Shown: piece by piece, positions 1 to 8,573 of the stretch
Position numbering within the stretch: the first letter of the stretch is position 1
How the letters are laid out: every line of letters begins with the position of its first letter
NCBI GenBank assembly: GCA_031372065.1
Contig: JANMKN010000303.1
Coordinates: forward strand, 1-25,312
DNA length: 25,312 nt
Source: Abditibacteriaceae bacterium
GTDB taxonomy: Bacteria; Armatimonadota; Abditibacteriia; Abditibacteriales; Abditibacteriaceae
Direction: 5' to 3'
Translations under genes and position numbers: made by a program
The notes under the pieces: generated by a model
What the model saw: only the letters and a program-made list of their open reading frames with translations
What the model was told of the DNA's origin: nothing
Database searches by the model: none

Positions 1-80
1 TGCTTGCCTTGAGGAGTTGTGCCATTCTTTTTGATGTGGCCACTGCCACACCTCGGACAGGTGTTCTTTTCGGTTTTCAC
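1..80 (-). CDS. insA: IS1-family transposase N-terminus (InsA-like zinc ribbon), partial
   Basis: GTG at 80-78 reads MKTEKNTCPRCGSGHIKKNGTTPQGK..., matching the IS1 CPxCxSxxxxKNGxxxxGxQ pattern. It is absent from the supplied ORF track. Confidence 0.8.
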   Translation of the reverse strand, partial: MKTEKNTCPRCGSGHIKKNGTTPQGK

Positions 81-141
81 ATCCCAAAAAGAGCCTGTCC
101 GAGGCTTTATGCTCCCTCAGCATCATTTCTGTAACATGACC
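1..141 (-). mobile_element. IS1-family insertion sequence, left end (cut by window edge)
   Basis: The minus strand from 141 begins GGTCATGTTACAGAAAT, resembling the GGTnATG start of IS1 inverted repeats. An InsA-like zinc-ribbon ORF follows. The flanking VOC gene resumes exactly at 142. Confidence 0.8.
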
Positions 142-523
142 GCAACGCTTGGGCACAGGTGCGGCGTTTATCGCGGCGGGCGGTTATCATCATCACATCG
201 GCCTCAACACATGGGAAAGCGCCGGAGGGCAGCCGCCCGCGCCGGGCACGACGGGCCTTTATCATTTGGCGATTTTGTATCCGACGCGTGCCACGTTAGC
301 CGATGCGCTAAAGCGACTTATGAATGCTGGAATTGAACTCGATGGCGCCGCCGATCATGGCGTCAGTGAAGCGCTGTATTTGCGCGACCCCGATAGCAAC
401 GGCGTCGAACTATACTGGGATCGTCCGCCCGAACAATGGCCGCGCACGCCCGAAGGCAATATCGAAATGTTCACGCGCCGCCTCGATTTGCAAGATTTGC
501 TGCACGCGGCAGACACAGCGTAA
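142..523 (+). pseudogene. 5'-truncated VOC/glyoxalase family protein (CatE-like), interrupted by IS1
   Basis: Contains AAFIAAGGYHHHIGLNTW, GLYHLAILYP and DHGVSEALYLRDPDSNGVELYWDR. The usual N-terminal HVHLKV...LGF segment is missing. The frame starts at QRLG and runs into a stop inside the IS end. Confidence 0.8.
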
Positions 524-547
524 AAATTCACTTGAAAGCGAAAAACG

Positions 548-1018
548 ATGTCCAAAGATTTGATTATCTCGTTGATTGAAGGCAGCATGGGCGAACTCGA
601 ACGCACCGCGCGGGCCGTGCCGGACGACAAACTCAACTGGAAGACGCTCGATAATGGCCGCACTGTGCTGGATTTGCTCGGCGATGCCGCGCAAACGCCC
701 GTTATGATCGTTGAACTGCTGAAAGCGCCGGAAAATTTCAATCCTTACGAGATTTTTCCGCAATTAAAAGCCGAACGCGAGAATTGGACGCGCGAGAATT
801 GCCTCGAAAAACTGCATTCCAATACCGCTGCCGCCATCGAAGCCATTCGCGCCACGCCGGACGAAGATTTAGAAAAGCCCGTCACGCTGCCTTTTGGCGA
901 ACGCGGAATGACTTTGCCGCTTGGAATGTGGACTTTAATGGCCCAACGCGCCTTTATTTCGCGCTTCGCGCAAATTAATTACATTCAAACGCTGTATGGC
1001 GATTTTGAAGGCCATTGA
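548..1018 (+). CDS. DinB/DUF664-like four-helix protein
   Basis: 156 aa with the pattern [10 protein letters not shown]...GRTVLDLL and a C-terminal [11 protein letters not shown]. The usual metal-binding His residues are absent. Confidence 0.65.
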   Translation: MSKDLIISLIEGSMGELERTARAVPDDKLNWKTLDNGRTVLDLLGDAAQTPVMIVELLKAPENFNPYEIFPQLKAERENWTRENCLEKLHSNTAAAIEAIRATPDEDLEKPVTLPFGERGMTLPLGMWTLMAQRAFISRFAQINYIQTLYGDFEGH

Positions 1019-1028
1019 TTCGGTTTTC

Positions 1029-1412
1029 ATGGACAAAAAAACCAAGAAAAAACTGCAAGACAAAGCAAAAACGCGCGGCATTTCCACCAATGGCAAAGGC
1101 GGCTACGAGCGTCACGTTTTGCTGTGCGGCGGGCCGGATTGCTGCTCGTCGGACGAAGGCAAAGAGACGATGAAGTTTTTAAATAAGCGTCTCAAACAAC
1201 TCGAAAAACAAGGCCATTATGTTTATCGCAGCCAAGTAAAATGCCTGAGTTTTTGCAAAGGCGGCCCGCTTTTGGTGGTCTATCCCGAAGGCGTTTGGTA
1301 TGGAAACGTCACGCCCGAAGTCGCCGAGCGCATTGTTCAAGAACATTTAATTGACGGCAACATCGTCGAAGAATTTGCCTTCGCGCATAATCCGCTTTTG
1401 AAAGTCGAATAA
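1029..1412 (+). CDS. Thioredoxin-like (2Fe-2S) ferredoxin
   Basis: Motifs [12 protein letters not shown] and [20 protein letters not shown]...IVQEHL. ATG 1029 is preferred because ATG 996 overlaps the upstream gene. Confidence 0.9.
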   Translation: MDKKTKKKLQDKAKTRGISTNGKGGYERHVLLCGGPDCCSSDEGKETMKFLNKRLKQLEKQGHYVYRSQVKCLSFCKGGPLLVVYPEGVWYGNVTPEVAERIVQEHLIDGNIVEEFAFAHNPLLKVE

Positions 1413-1431
1413 AGCAATTTTGTTATATTTC

Positions 1432-1464
1432 AAAGCGCGCCTTTTGCAAAAGGCGCGCTTTTTT
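1432..1464 (+). terminator. Intrinsic terminator-like palindrome
   Basis: AAAGCGCGCCTTTTG|CAAAAGGCGCGCTTT is a perfect 30-bp palindrome ending in a T run. Confidence 0.7.
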
Positions 1465-1474
1465 GTGATTCTTC

Positions 1475-3238
1475 ATGCAAACCGTTCAACAGCAACTTCA
1501 AGACAAAATTAATGCGGCACTCTTGGCCGTGGGCGTAGATTTATCGGGCGTTTCGCCGGATGTTTTTCAGGTCGTGCCCTGCGCCAATGCGCAGTTTGGC
1601 GATTATCAATTCAACGGCGCGCTGCCATTGGCAAAAGCCAACAAAACCAACCCACGCGCCTTGGCGCAAAGCCTCCTTGAAAAATTGGATGTCGCGGGAT
1701 TATGCGAGGCGCCGGAAATCGCCGGGCCGGGTTTTATCAATTTGCGACTCACGCGCGAGTTTCTCGAAAGCATGGCGGCGCAGGTTTTGGGTGATGAGCG
1801 CTTGGGCGTGCCACTTACTGCGACGCCGCGCACCGTTGTGGTGGATTATCCTTCGCCGAATGTCGCTAAGCCTTTACACGTCGGTCACATTCGCACCATG
1901 TTTATCGGCGATGCCATCGCGCGGCTTTTGCGTTTCGCGGGGCACCAAGTCATCAGCGACGATCACATTGGCGACTGGGGCACGCCAATTGGCATGGTGA
2001 TTTGGGGCTGGCCGCGCTTTGGCGACGAAAATTTCTTGGGGCAAAACGCGCTCGAAGCGATGGGCAATGTTTATAAAACCGTTAAGGCCATGACGGGCGC
2101 AAAAGAAGGAGGCACTTTAACGCCGCAAGCCAAAGAAACCTTGGCTGCCGTGCGCGAAGAAACCGCGAAACTGCATCGCGGCGACGAGCAGGCACTGGCG
2201 CTGTGGAAAAAATTGCGCGATGCCTCGCAAGTCGAAATCAACGCGGCTTACGCACAACTGGGCATCAAAGTGGACGTGACGCTGGGCGAGAGTTTTTATC
2301 ACGAACGGCTCGGCAACATCATCGAAGATTTGAAAAGCAAAGGCTTGGCTCTCGAAAGCGAAGGCGCCTTAATTGTGCCTTTTGAAGAGCCGCTGCACTT
2401 GCGCGACAAACCGATGCTGGTGCAGAAAAGCGACGGCTCGTTTTTGTATGCGACAACCGATTTGGCGACCATTCAATATCGCATGGAAACGTGGGCGCCC
2501 GATGAAATGGTTTACGTCGTGGACGCGCGCCAAAGCGATCATTTTCGCCAGCTTTTCGCGGCAGTGAAATTATGGGGCTTCGACAAGGTTTCGCTCAAAC
2601 ATATCACCTTCGGCACGATTTTGGGCGAAGATGGATTGCCGCTAAAATCGCGCACCGGCGAATCGCCCAAACTCAGCGATTTAATGAGCGAGGCGCAAAG
2701 CCGCGCCCGCGCCACAGCACAGGAAAAGAACGCTGAATTGAGCGAAGAACAACTCAATGAAATTGGACGCGTTATCGGCATCGGCGCCTTAAAATACGCT
2801 GATTTATCGCAAAATCGCGTCTCGGATTATATTTTTTCGTGGGATAAAATGCTGGCGTTTCAAGGCAACAGCGCGCCGTATTTGATTTATGCTTATGTGC
2901 GTGTGCGCTCCATTTTTCGCCGCGCGCAAAGTGAAGGTTTAATTACCGACTTGCCTGAAAAATTGACGTTAAGCGAAGCGGCAGAACTTGATTTAGTTAA
3001 GTTCATTTTGCGTTATCCGCTGGAAATTGAAACCGCGCTCGGCGATTATCGCATCAACGCCATCAGCGATTATTTGTTTTCGCTCTCGCAAAAATTTACG
3101 GCGTTTTACGATGCCTGTCCGGTTGTCAAAAGCGAATCGCCACAGCGCGAAAGCCGCTTGGCGCTCTGCGAACTCACGGCGCGCGTGTTAAAACACGGCC
3201 TAAATTTGCTCGGCATTGAAACAGTCGAACAAATGTAA
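1475..3238 (+). CDS. argS: Arginine--tRNA ligase
   Basis: Motifs FGDYQFN, IAGPGFIN, VVDYPSPNVAKPLHVGHIR (HIGH), HIGDWGT, KSDGSFLYATTDLA, GNSAPYLIYAYVR and the C-terminal LLGIETVEQM. Confidence 0.98.
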   Translation: MQTVQQQLQDKINAALLAVGVDLSGVSPDVFQVVPCANAQFGDYQFNGALPLAKANKTNPRALAQSLLEKLDVAGLCEAPEIAGPGFINLRLTREFLESMAAQVLGDERLGVPLTATPRTVVVDYPSPNVAKPLHVGHIRTMFIGDAIARLLRFAGHQVISDDHIGDWGTPIGMVIWGWPRFGDENFLGQNALEAMGNVYKTVKAMTGAKEGGTLTPQAKETLAAVREETAKLHRGDEQALALWKKLRDASQVEINAAYAQLGIKVDVTLGESFYHERLGNIIEDLKSKGLALESEGALIVPFEEPLHLRDKPMLVQKSDGSFLYATTDLATIQYRMETWAPDEMVYVVDARQSDHFRQLFAAVKLWGFDKVSLKHITFGTILGEDGLPLKSRTGESPKLSDLMSEAQSRARATAQEKNAELSEEQLNEIGRVIGIGALKYADLSQNRVSDYIFSWDKMLAFQGNSAPYLIYAYVRVRSIFRRAQSEGLITDLPEKLTLSEAAELDLVKFILRYPLEIETALGDYRINAISDYLFSLSQKFTAFYDACPVVKSESPQRESRLALCELTARVLKHGLNLLGIETVEQM

Positions 3239-3249
3239 GCGGGATACTG

Positions 3250-3822
3250 ATGAAATTGATTGAAACTTCCCTGCCCGGCGTGGTGATTATCGAGCCGCGC
3301 GTGTTTGATGACGCGCGCGGTTTTTTCTTCGAGAGTTATCACAGCGAAAAATTTGCCGAATTGGGCATAAAATCACAGTTTGTGCAGGATAATCAAGCGC
3401 GTTCGGCGCGTGGCACGTTGCGTGGTTTGCATTATCAATTACAGCAGCCACAGGCCAAATTGTGCCGCGTAGTGGCGGGCGAAGTTTTCGATGTGGCGGT
3501 TGATATTCGCATCGGCTCGCCGACTTTTGGCAAATGGGCGGGCGCGATTTTATCGGAAGAAAATAAACGGCAGATTTTCATTCCGCACGGTTTTGCACAC
3601 GGCTATTTAGTGTTGTCGGAACGCGCCGATTTTCTGTATAAATGCGACGATTTTTATAGAGGCGACGACGGATATGGCATCGCGTGGAATGATCCGCAAA
3701 TTGGCATTGAATGGCCGCTCGCCGGTTTTTCGGAAAACGAGTTAATTTTGGCTGACAAAGACAGCCATGCGCCGCGCTTATGTGACGTAAATATCAATTT
3801 ACTACCAACTTTTTTGCCGTAA
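3250..3822 (+). CDS. rfbC: dTDP-4-dehydrorhamnose 3,5-epimerase
   Basis: Motifs DARGFFFESY, FVQDN, GTLRGLHYQ, DVAVDIRIGSPTFGKW, IPHGFAHG and WNDPQIGIEWP. Confidence 0.96.
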   Translation: MKLIETSLPGVVIIEPRVFDDARGFFFESYHSEKFAELGIKSQFVQDNQARSARGTLRGLHYQLQQPQAKLCRVVAGEVFDVAVDIRIGSPTFGKWAGAILSEENKRQIFIPHGFAHGYLVLSERADFLYKCDDFYRGDDGYGIAWNDPQIGIEWPLAGFSENELILADKDSHAPRLCDVNINLLPTFLP

Positions 3823-3867
3823 TAGGCCCTAAATCGAATTATTTGGCTTAAATTGGCCTCTCAAAAT

Positions 3868-3895
3868 TTGACATTTCAAAAAAGTGCTTTATAAT
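3868..3895 (+). promoter_or_regulatory. sigma70-type promoter upstream of the large ATPase
   Basis: TTGACA (3868-3873), a 16-bp spacer, then TATAAT (3890-3895). Both hexamers are perfect consensus. Confidence 0.8.
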
Positions 3896-3974
3896 GGGGA
3901 AGCTATCCGCGAAATGCTGTCATCGTGGGGAGCCTGTTTGCTGTCCGAGTCGGATTTGAACTGGAGTCCCTTTC

Positions 3975-6900
3975 ATGCACGCCGATTTTCCGAATGAACC
4001 TGTCGCCTCAAAAAACCCAAAGCCTGCTGCACGCCCTGCTGAACCCCTCGCCCCTCCTGCCAATCCGCCGCGCCTGACTGTCGGCGATGTTGTTGCGGTG
4101 CGCCACTTCCCGACGGTCATTCAAGGCGCTGATATTCGCGCTTTGCGTTTTGAAGACGATGACGATGGCTTAAACGAGGCCTGGCCCGCCGCGCAACGCG
4201 ATTTCATCAGCGGTTATTTGGGTTTCGATGAGCGCGCGCGTCATGCCCTTGAAATGCTACTCGGTGCTTTGGCTCGCCCGGAAAGCGGCGGCGCCTTTTT
4301 TGTGAATGGTGTTTTCGGTTCGGGTAAAAGTCATCTTCTGGGCTTAATGACCCTGTTGGCCGATGGCATCGGGCACGAAGATTTCGCGCAAACGCATCCC
4401 GAATTTGCGCCGCTGGTAGAAGTGTTCTACTCGCGCTTTGTGATGCACATTGCGCTGGACGAATACAATGCCGAGCGTTTTTCGTTGGAAGAAATTTTCT
4501 GGCGCGAAGTGAAAATGCAATGGCAGAAAATGGGCTACCCAATTGAAGAACTGCACTTGCCCGAAAACGCCTCGCGCGCCGAGACGCTGCTGACTTTGCA
4601 AGCCGCCTTAGCCGCGCGGGGCATGAATGGAATGCTCGTTTGCTTTGACGAACTTTCGCTGTTTTTGGCAGCGCGCGAGCATCATGCGCTGCAAGGCGAC
4701 GCTTCGTTTTTGCAGTTTTTGGGGCAGCACGCGCGGCGCCATCCTTTGGTCGTCATTGGCGCGCTGCAAAAAACTGTTGAAGATGTGGGCGAACTCGAAG
4801 CCTATTCTCTCTCGCAAATTCGAGATCGTTACACGATTTTGCCCTTATCGCTGGCGCATTTGCCCTCGCTGATTGAGCGGCGTTTGATTCAGAAAAAAGA
4901 CGCGGACGCGCTGCATCATTTGAATCGCGAAAGTTTTGATGCATTATCGCGCGCCTTGCCGCGCCTCGATTTTGGGCGGCAGGAATGGGACACATTGTAT
5001 CCGTTTCACCCGCCGGTGGTTGGCTTGCTCGAAAGCGCTGTCAGCCGCTTTTTTTCGCGCACCCGTTCGGCGGTTTTGTTTTGCACCGAAAGCATTAATC
5101 TGCACGCTGATGCCAAGTCGCGCGTTGGCGTCGAAGAATTATTTGAATATCTTGAGCCGGAAATGCAAGAGCATCCCGATTTGCGTTCGCTGTCGGGCGT
5201 GTGGCAAGAATGGCAAGCTCCGGCACGCGAATTAACGACTGACCCGCACGAAGCAGCGCATTTGCGCTTGTTGATGCAAACGCTGCTATTGTTCAAAATT
5301 TCAGGCCACTCGCCAACCGTTTCGCAATTAACTAACGCCGCCTCGCTGGACGCCGGGCTGCCGGGCGAAGGCGATTACGAATATGTGCGCACCTTGCTGG
5401 AGCGATTGCGCACGCGGATTGGATTTTTGGCCGTCGAACGCGCCGAAAACGCGGGCGATGCGCTTTCTGACCGCTACACCATTGATTTGGGCCTACGCAT
5501 CGGCGAAATGGCGCGGCGCCATGTGCGCGGCGTGCTGGAAACCTTAGACGAAAACGATTCGCGCATCGCGAATTACGTTCTGGATTGCTGTCGCAGCAAT
5601 CTTCTGCCACTGGCGGCGCTGGAAAATAATCCGGCGGCCACGGTTTTATGGCGCAACACGCCGCGCCAATTTTCGATTACGCTGTTGAACGGCAACACCA
5701 CCGCCGCGAGTTTGGTGAACCGCGTCATGGCTTTGGGGCAACCGGGACACGAAAGCGAAGCCCTTTTGCTGATTGCGCCGCCTTTCATGGGCGCGATGCA
5801 GCGCGCCATTGCGCTTTTCGATGAAGCCTTGCGCGTGCTGGCTCAGGCCGAATCGAAAACCAACACGACTAACAATTCCAATCACGATGCGCGCTGGCGC
5901 AACGCGCTAATTTTATGGACGCCACGTCGCGCCACGCGCGACGAATTGGAAATGGCGCGTGAATCCACCGCGCATCACTTGCTGGAAAGCGACCCGCAAC
6001 TGCTGGACAACAAGCGAGGGCGCGCGATTTTGACACATTTGAAAAATGGCGCCCCTCAACGCGAGACGGCGCTGGCCCAAATCGCCGGACGTTTGTTGCG
6101 CGAAGGCAACGTCACTACAGGCGGCGGCGTGGCAGCGGGCGCGGGCGAAATTTTAGCGGGTGATAGCTGGTCATCAGCGCTGGAATCTATCGCTGATTTT
6201 GTCTTGCCTTCGGTGTTTCCGCGCTTTGAATCCATCGCGCCGACGCTGCGCGTGTTGACACCGTCCAACGCCGAAGCGCTGTGCCTTGATGTGCTGCGCC
6301 GCCCGGCCAACGCGCCTTATTTTGCGCCCGCGCTCGAACGCGCCGCGCGCGCCATCGCCGAGCCGCTGGGCATTGCTCGCGTTGAGGCCGGACGCTGGCG
6401 TATTACCGAAGGCCGCGCCGATTTGGTCAAGGAAATTTTAGAGGTGTGTAGCAGCGGCGCGGCTTTGACACACGTCGAGGCTGTGTTTGCCAAAAGCGCG
6501 TGGGGCATGGTCGGCGAGCAAACGCATTTAGTCATTTGCGCGTTGCTGCGCGCCGGTCAATTGGTCGCCACCGATGTGCGCGGTCAAAATTTGGCGCCCA
6601 GTCAAATCGGAATGCCTTTAGCGCGCAGCGTGCGCGTGTTGCGTCCGGGCCGCTTGGTATCGGAAGGAGCATGGCCGCGCGTGCGCAAATTAGTGGCATT
6701 GCTCAGTGGCGATCAATTAGGCGCGCTGAGTTTCGCGGAGCAGCAAAAAGCCCGCGCTTTGCTTGTCGCGTGGCGCGAAACGGCGCTTGCCGAAACCGAA
6801 CTGGCGCAGGCGCGCTTGCATCAATTGCGACGCGTTTGCAATCATGCGACGGCTCAATGGCCGCGTTCGCGCGAAATCTGGACGGAAATCGAAAAACTGC

Positions 6901-7808
6901 TGGCAGCGCTGGCTTCTGACGGCACGCCCGCCATGCTTGACCACGTCGCGGCCTTAAACGTCGAAATTCTGGCAAGCGCCCTGCAAGAATGGCGACGCAT
7001 TTTGACGCATTTGGATGAGCGCCACGCCGACTTAATCGAAGCGCATTCGATGCTCAACCATCCGGCCCTGAGCGTGCCGCCGGGTCTGCAAGCCCAACGC
7101 GCCGAATTGCTGACGCGTTTTGATGTAGGCGAAGCCATTTTGGATGACGAAGAATTAATTGCCGACGCCAAAGAGTGGCGCGCGGCTTATGCCACGCATT
7201 ACAAAGAATGGCATGAAGTCCAGCATTCGCCGCTGCGTTTTGTGCCTTATAAAAATCTGCTGTCCGGCGAAATGTTGCGCGCGTTGGACAAATTGGCGGT
7301 TCTCCAATCGCGGCCTTTCAAAGAAGGCGCTGAAATGCGCAGTGCGGCGCAAAATGAATGGGTCAAAGCGTGCCCGGCGAATCCCTCGTTGCCGCCCGGT
7401 GACGCGGTTTGCCCGCATTGCCGCCTGCGTTGGGGCGAACGTTTGGCTTTGCGCGACCCGCGTGCGATTGCGCGTCTTGGCGATGCGGGCATTGGCACGC
7501 TGCGCCTTGCGATGCGCGAGAGTGCGCCACGCGCTTTTTTGCAGCGCTCGGAAAAAGGCCGCGAACTGCTGCACTGGAACGAAGCAGGCGATGGCGAAGC
7601 GGAATCGCTCTTGCCCTTGCTCGACGACGAATCGCTGCGCATTTTAGATGAGTCTTTGCGCCCGCGCCGTCGCGTCATGCGTTCGCAACAAGCGTTGCTG
7701 GATTCACTGCAAAGCTGCCAGACGCGCCGCGAATTCGCCGACGCCTTTTCCCTTTGGTTGGATAGCGGTGAAGCTTTGACCGACAACGACGAAATTGAAT
7801 TGGGATAA
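3975..7808 (+). CDS. Large P-loop ATPase, BREX BrxC/PglY-like (DUF6079-like)
   Basis: 1277 aa with Walker A GVFGSGKSHLL, Walker B VCFDEL, IRDRY and LYPFHP motifs, a long helical C-half and a C-terminal C-x12-CPHC cysteine cluster. Size and architecture fit BrxC-type ATPases. Confidence 0.7.
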   Translation: MHADFPNEPVASKNPKPAARPAEPLAPPANPPRLTVGDVVAVRHFPTVIQGADIRALRFEDDDDGLNEAWPAAQRDFISGYLGFDERARHALEMLLGALARPESGGAFFVNGVFGSGKSHLLGLMTLLADGIGHEDFAQTHPEFAPLVEVFYSRFVMHIALDEYNAERFSLEEIFWREVKMQWQKMGYPIEELHLPENASRAETLLTLQAALAARGMNGMLVCFDELSLFLAAREHHALQGDASFLQFLGQHARRHPLVVIGALQKTVEDVGELEAYSLSQIRDRYTILPLSLAHLPSLIERRLIQKKDADALHHLNRESFDALSRALPRLDFGRQEWDTLYPFHPPVVGLLESAVSRFFSRTRSAVLFCTESINLHADAKSRVGVEELFEYLEPEMQEHPDLRSLSGVWQEWQAPARELTTDPHEAAHLRLLMQTLLLFKISGHSPTVSQLTNAASLDAGLPGEGDYEYVRTLLERLRTRIGFLAVERAENAGDALSDRYTIDLGLRIGEMARRHVRGVLETLDENDSRIANYVLDCCRSNLLPLAALENNPAATVLWRNTPRQFSITLLNGNTTAASLVNRVMALGQPGHESEALLLIAPPFMGAMQRAIALFDEALRVLAQAESKTNTTNNSNHDARWRNALILWTPRRATRDELEMARESTAHHLLESDPQLLDNKRGRAILTHLKNGAPQRETALAQIAGRLLREGNVTTGGGVAAGAGEILAGDSWSSALESIADFVLPSVFPRFESIAPTLRVLTPSNAEALCLDVLRRPANAPYFAPALERAARAIAEPLGIARVEAGRWRITEGRADLVKEILEVCSSGAALTHVEAVFAKSAWGMVGEQTHLVICALLRAGQLVATDVRGQNLAPSQIGMPLARSVRVLRPGRLVSEGAWPRVRKLVALLSGDQLGALSFAEQQKARALLVAWRETALAETELAQARLHQLRRVCNHATAQWPRSREIWTEIEKLLAALASDGTPAMLDHVAALNVEILASALQEWRRILTHLDERHADLIEAHSMLNHPALSVPPGLQAQRAELLTRFDVGEAILDDEELIADAKEWRAAYATHYKEWHEVQHSPLRFVPYKNLLSGEMLRALDKLAVLQSRPFKEGAEMRSAAQNEWVKACPANPSLPPGDAVCPHCRLRWGERLALRDPRAIARLGDAGIGTLRLAMRESAPRAFLQRSEKGRELLHWNEAGDGEAESLLPLLDDESLRILDESLRPRRRVMRSQQALLDSLQSCQTRREFADAFSLWLDSGEALTDNDEIELG

Positions 7809-7839
7809 CAAAATTTCATTCTTGCTTGCCAACCTTTCG

Positions 7840-7851
7840 TAAAATAAGGGC
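7840..7851 (+). promoter_or_regulatory. Possible -10 box for a leaderless queC transcript
   Basis: TAAAAT at 7840-7845 lies 6 nt before ATG 7852. There is no well-spaced Shine-Dalgarno. Confidence 0.45.
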
Positions 7852-8547
7852 ATGGAAACGACGGAATGGAGCGAGTCCAAACCCAAAGCGATTGCCCTTG
7901 TCAGCGGCGGCTTGGATTCGGTGACGTTAGCGTATTTATTGGCCTCCGCTGGCTGGAATTTACACCTTTTGGCCTTCGATTACGGCCAGAAACACAAACG
8001 TGAAGTAGATTTTGCGCGCCAATGCGCGCACGATTTAGGCGCGGCGTTTGATTTAGTGGATTTACGCGGCGCGGGGCGACTTTTAGGCGGTTCGGCGCTG
8101 ACCGATGACGCCATTGAAGTGCCGCATGGCCATTACGCGGCGCCGAACATGGCGATTACCATTGTGCCCAACCGCAACGCGATTTTTTTGGCCGTCGCTT
8201 ATGGCGCCGCCGTCGCGCAAAACGCCGAAATTGTTGCTACAGCAGTGCATGGCGGCGATCATTTTATTTATCCCGATTGTCGCCCGGCGTTTATTGAAGC
8301 CTTCGATGTCATGCAAAAACAAGCCGTTGCCGGTTGCGGCCATCCCAATTTGCGCTTGCACACGCCTTTTGTCCATCGGTTCAAGCACGACATCGTAAAA
8401 ATCGGCGCCGCGCTGGGCGTGCCCTACGAAAAAACGTGGTCATGCTACGAAGGCGGCGCCCTTCATTGCGGTCAATGCGGCACTTGCGTGGAACGAAAAG
8501 AAGCGTTCGCGCTGGCTGGCGTCGCAGACCCGACGGAATATAGCTAA
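7852..8547 (+). CDS. queC: 7-cyano-7-deazaguanine synthase
   Basis: PP-loop SGGLDS, FDYGQKH, VPNRNAIFL and YPDCRPAF, plus the Zn site TWSCY...HCGQCGTCVER. Confidence 0.96.
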   Translation: METTEWSESKPKAIALVSGGLDSVTLAYLLASAGWNLHLLAFDYGQKHKREVDFARQCAHDLGAAFDLVDLRGAGRLLGGSALTDDAIEVPHGHYAAPNMAITIVPNRNAIFLAVAYGAAVAQNAEIVATAVHGGDHFIYPDCRPAFIEAFDVMQKQAVAGCGHPNLRLHTPFVHRFKHDIVKIGAALGVPYEKTWSCYEGGALHCGQCGTCVERKEAFALAGVADPTEYS

Positions 8548-8573
8548 TTCTCTGTCAAAGAGCCTTTTTAGCC

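Noticed and set aside
19..336. 105-aa ORF at the left edge
   Set aside because: It is a chimeric frame crossing the IS/VOC junction, antisense to the InsA-like ORF.
1413..1474. T-box riboswitch for argS
   Set aside because: The gap is only 62 bp and has no T-box consensus or stem I.
3250..3822. Polysaccharide biosynthesis cluster
   Set aside because: rfbC stands alone here, with no rfbA/B/D or glycosyltransferase genes.
7809..7851. preQ1 riboswitch upstream of queC
   Set aside because: No recognisable preQ1 stem-loop with an A-rich tail, and a probable -10 box sits directly before the ATG.
3975..8547. Complete BREX, QatABCD or Dpd system
   Set aside because: No pglZ/pglX/brxL, no TatD or QatB, and no dpdA/TGT-like gene in the window.
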